Position numbers and translations under genes: made by a program | The notes under the pieces: generated by a model | Told to the model about the DNA's origin: nothing | The model's database searches: none | The model's input: only the letters and a program-made list of their open reading frames with translations | In this document: piece after piece, positions 63,201 to 64,000 of the stretch | How the letters are laid out: each line of letters starts with the position of its first letter | Position numbering within the stretch: position 1 is the stretch's first letter | NCBI GenBank assembly: GCA_001275005.1 | Contig: JWZX01003399.1 | Span: 1 to 64,000 of the forward strand | Reading direction: 5' to 3' | Source: Chrysochromulina tobinii | Taxonomy: Eukaryota | DNA: 64,000 bases

Positions 63201-63496
63201 TTGGTCGCCAGAAAGTTGAGCGTGTAATTGCGGTACTCAGCGCGCTGCGCGGGCGTGAAATGGTTCCACGACTGCACGATGAGCTTCTTGAACGCGTTGG
63301 CGGCCACCAGCTGCGCTTGCGGCATCGTCGAACTGGTGAGCACAAATTGGCATTGCGGGATATGCTCTGGATTTGACGCCAGCTGCACCAGTGCCGCCTC
63401 GGCCTTGGTGCGCTCCTCCGCGCTGGGCGAATTGTACAGCATGTGGCAGTAGCCCTCGAAGGTGGCTAGACTTGTCGAGTGGGCGGACGACGCCAT
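60254..63496 (-). CDS. XPO7: Exportin-7 / RanBP16-17 family
   Basis: TKFGW, HRKIAGSFRD..L..IF, CLSYDFIGT..DE.SEE.GT.Q.P..W, NYHE.CRLL.RLK.N.QLSEL, NK.QRLTFDSSSPNGILLFR, NQWSLSRPLL. Confidence 0.95.
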   Translation of the reverse strand: MASSAHSTSLATFEGYCHMLYNSPSAEERTKAEAALVQLASNPEHIPQCQFVLTSSTMPQAQLVAANAFKKLIVQSWNHFTPAQRAEYRNYTLNFLATNGIMCTNFVTALLVQLVACATKFGWAEMEDQQQVMHEVGRFLHATPGHLVLGLQLLEALVTEMNSTANTRSLTQHRKIAGSFRDVCLYQIFKMSLQTLQQLQTHAIPASEPELARIREHSLQLALACLSYDFIGTTLDEASEELGTIQVPSTWRGTMEDSATSALFFDLYRSTQPPIQSLTIQVLVLLGSLRRSLFSSDEERQSFLQRMVRGSLLILQTQCGLADHDNYHELCRLLSRLKANFQLSELVQCDDYKAWIALVATFTVDSFKHWEWASNSVYYLLSVWSRLVASMPYLKPETPSQLENYVPQIITAFINSRMELVSTLLRSADADLDDPLDDDEQLTEQLETFPSLCRFQLQQVSSYVLSLFEPSARLYQQALTLPIGDRTGNPEVQMRLAQSEGELSWLIYIIGQILGSHLTPNSNAETQQFIDGELTSVVLQLIPLIDDPDVARERCNCPSNQHLQSAVLFFLQQFRKVYVGDQATASTKVYSRLAERVNLGDHFAVLGVFVNKIVANLKLRCDCFKVIEKTLALFSDLASGYCSSKLLLKLDSVRYMLLHHTAEEFPFLLVPENLRQRTSFYSTLCKLLFLDDIGVKFKAFMEPFTRWLRSLKAQSERAFAEPHVRTALIGMLRDLRGIVCACSNRRTYGLFFDWLYPEFTPLLHRAVLTFHAVPEFTTPLLKLYAELVYNKAQRLTFDSSSPNGILLFRDASAMLVAYGRQCIESELPVGADPYTHKFKGIHICMTMLTRALSGSYVNFGVFALYGDRALSDCLEVMIQMCLRVKLEDILAYPKLSRAYFTLMELLMRNHTTVIAELEPPVLRHLCNSLSEGLKSHEVAISSQCAAALDHLAAFHFQELAERDEDGAKGVSKLGTERELFAFQLAVLLHMIVFEECTNQWSLSRPLLALILINEDAYQKWQAQALGSMAAHPGRQQKLAQAFEKLMAGVPRGEHANLDVKTRDKFTQNLSQFRHDVRSIV

Positions 63497-63683
63497 GGCA
63501 GATCGCGCGCGGTCGAGAAGACGGCGTCGACGACCGGCGATGTTCAGTACTGTACTGTGTGCCGCGCGCGCGCGCCGTCGCCGCGCCGAACGAAATACCA
63601 TGGTGCTGCCGAAATTGAGATTTCGAAGCCACGTCGCACTGTTCTGCAGCACAGATCATAAATGATGACTCTACAGCCGTGCC

Positions 63684-63760
63684 TCGTCGTTCGTTCCAGG
63701 GCCCTCTCGGCCAGACACACACCCACAAGCCCAGAAAAGGCGTGCGTGGGAGGCGCTCAC
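63684..63760 (-). mobile_element. ~80-bp SINE-like dispersed element, copy 2
   Basis: Same sequence; flanked by CAGCCGTGCC direct repeats at 63674-63683 and 63770-63779. Confidence 0.7.
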
Positions 63761-64000
63761 ATGTTGACTCAGCCGTGCCACCGGGCTGTGGTTTGTTTCT
63801 AATAGGCTATCCTCTTCCACTCTTAGCCGCGCGCTTGGCGCGTGCACCGCGCGGCGACGAGACGGCTCCCGTATCCACCTCGGGCGCGCGCTGAACCACC
63901 ACGGTCGAGGCGGCCTCGGCAGTGGCCTCGCCGTCAGCGCCCGCATGATCGGCGTCGAGCTCGTCGGGGGCGCTGCGCTCTGGCTCCTTGCGCGCTGCTT

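Noticed and set aside
1..64000. Autonomous transposase, reverse transcriptase or recombinase that could mobilise the intron cassettes or SINE-like element
   Set aside because: No such motifs recognised in any ORF; any mobilising enzyme must be encoded elsewhere.

Overview
GC-rich, gene-dense eukaryotic genomic DNA, not prokaryotic. It carries short spliceosomal introns (GT-AG and GC-AG) and nucleus-encoded proteins with bipartite plastid or mitochondrial presequences. The content fits an alga with a complex red plastid, probably a Chrysochromulina-like haptophyte (inference). About 28 protein genes are supported. Housekeeping genes: NDUFA13, APC2, plastid uL13, RPB9, prefoldin 4, mitochondrial bS6, exportin-7 and a VAMP7-like SNARE. 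Unusual architectures: FKBP-TPR-cyclophilin, PAS-PNPOx, MBD/CW/AP2/Tudor/CXXC/SAM, HET-like-LRR, a 3552-aa ARM-CAP-Gly protein and a 1432-aa novel repeat protein. The most striking non-coding signal is the set of five APC2 introns. Several look freshly made by duplicating adjacent exon sequence (up to 38 bp, perfect) plus a short shared cassette that supplies the branch point and 3' splice site, and one is a tandem double intron with a zero-length exon. Other signals: an ~80-bp SINE-like element with flanking direct repeats, and gene 5' fragments separated by a repeated GAATTCCTA motif at the window start. All gene models and domain calls were made by eye and need HMM and RNA-seq confirmation.
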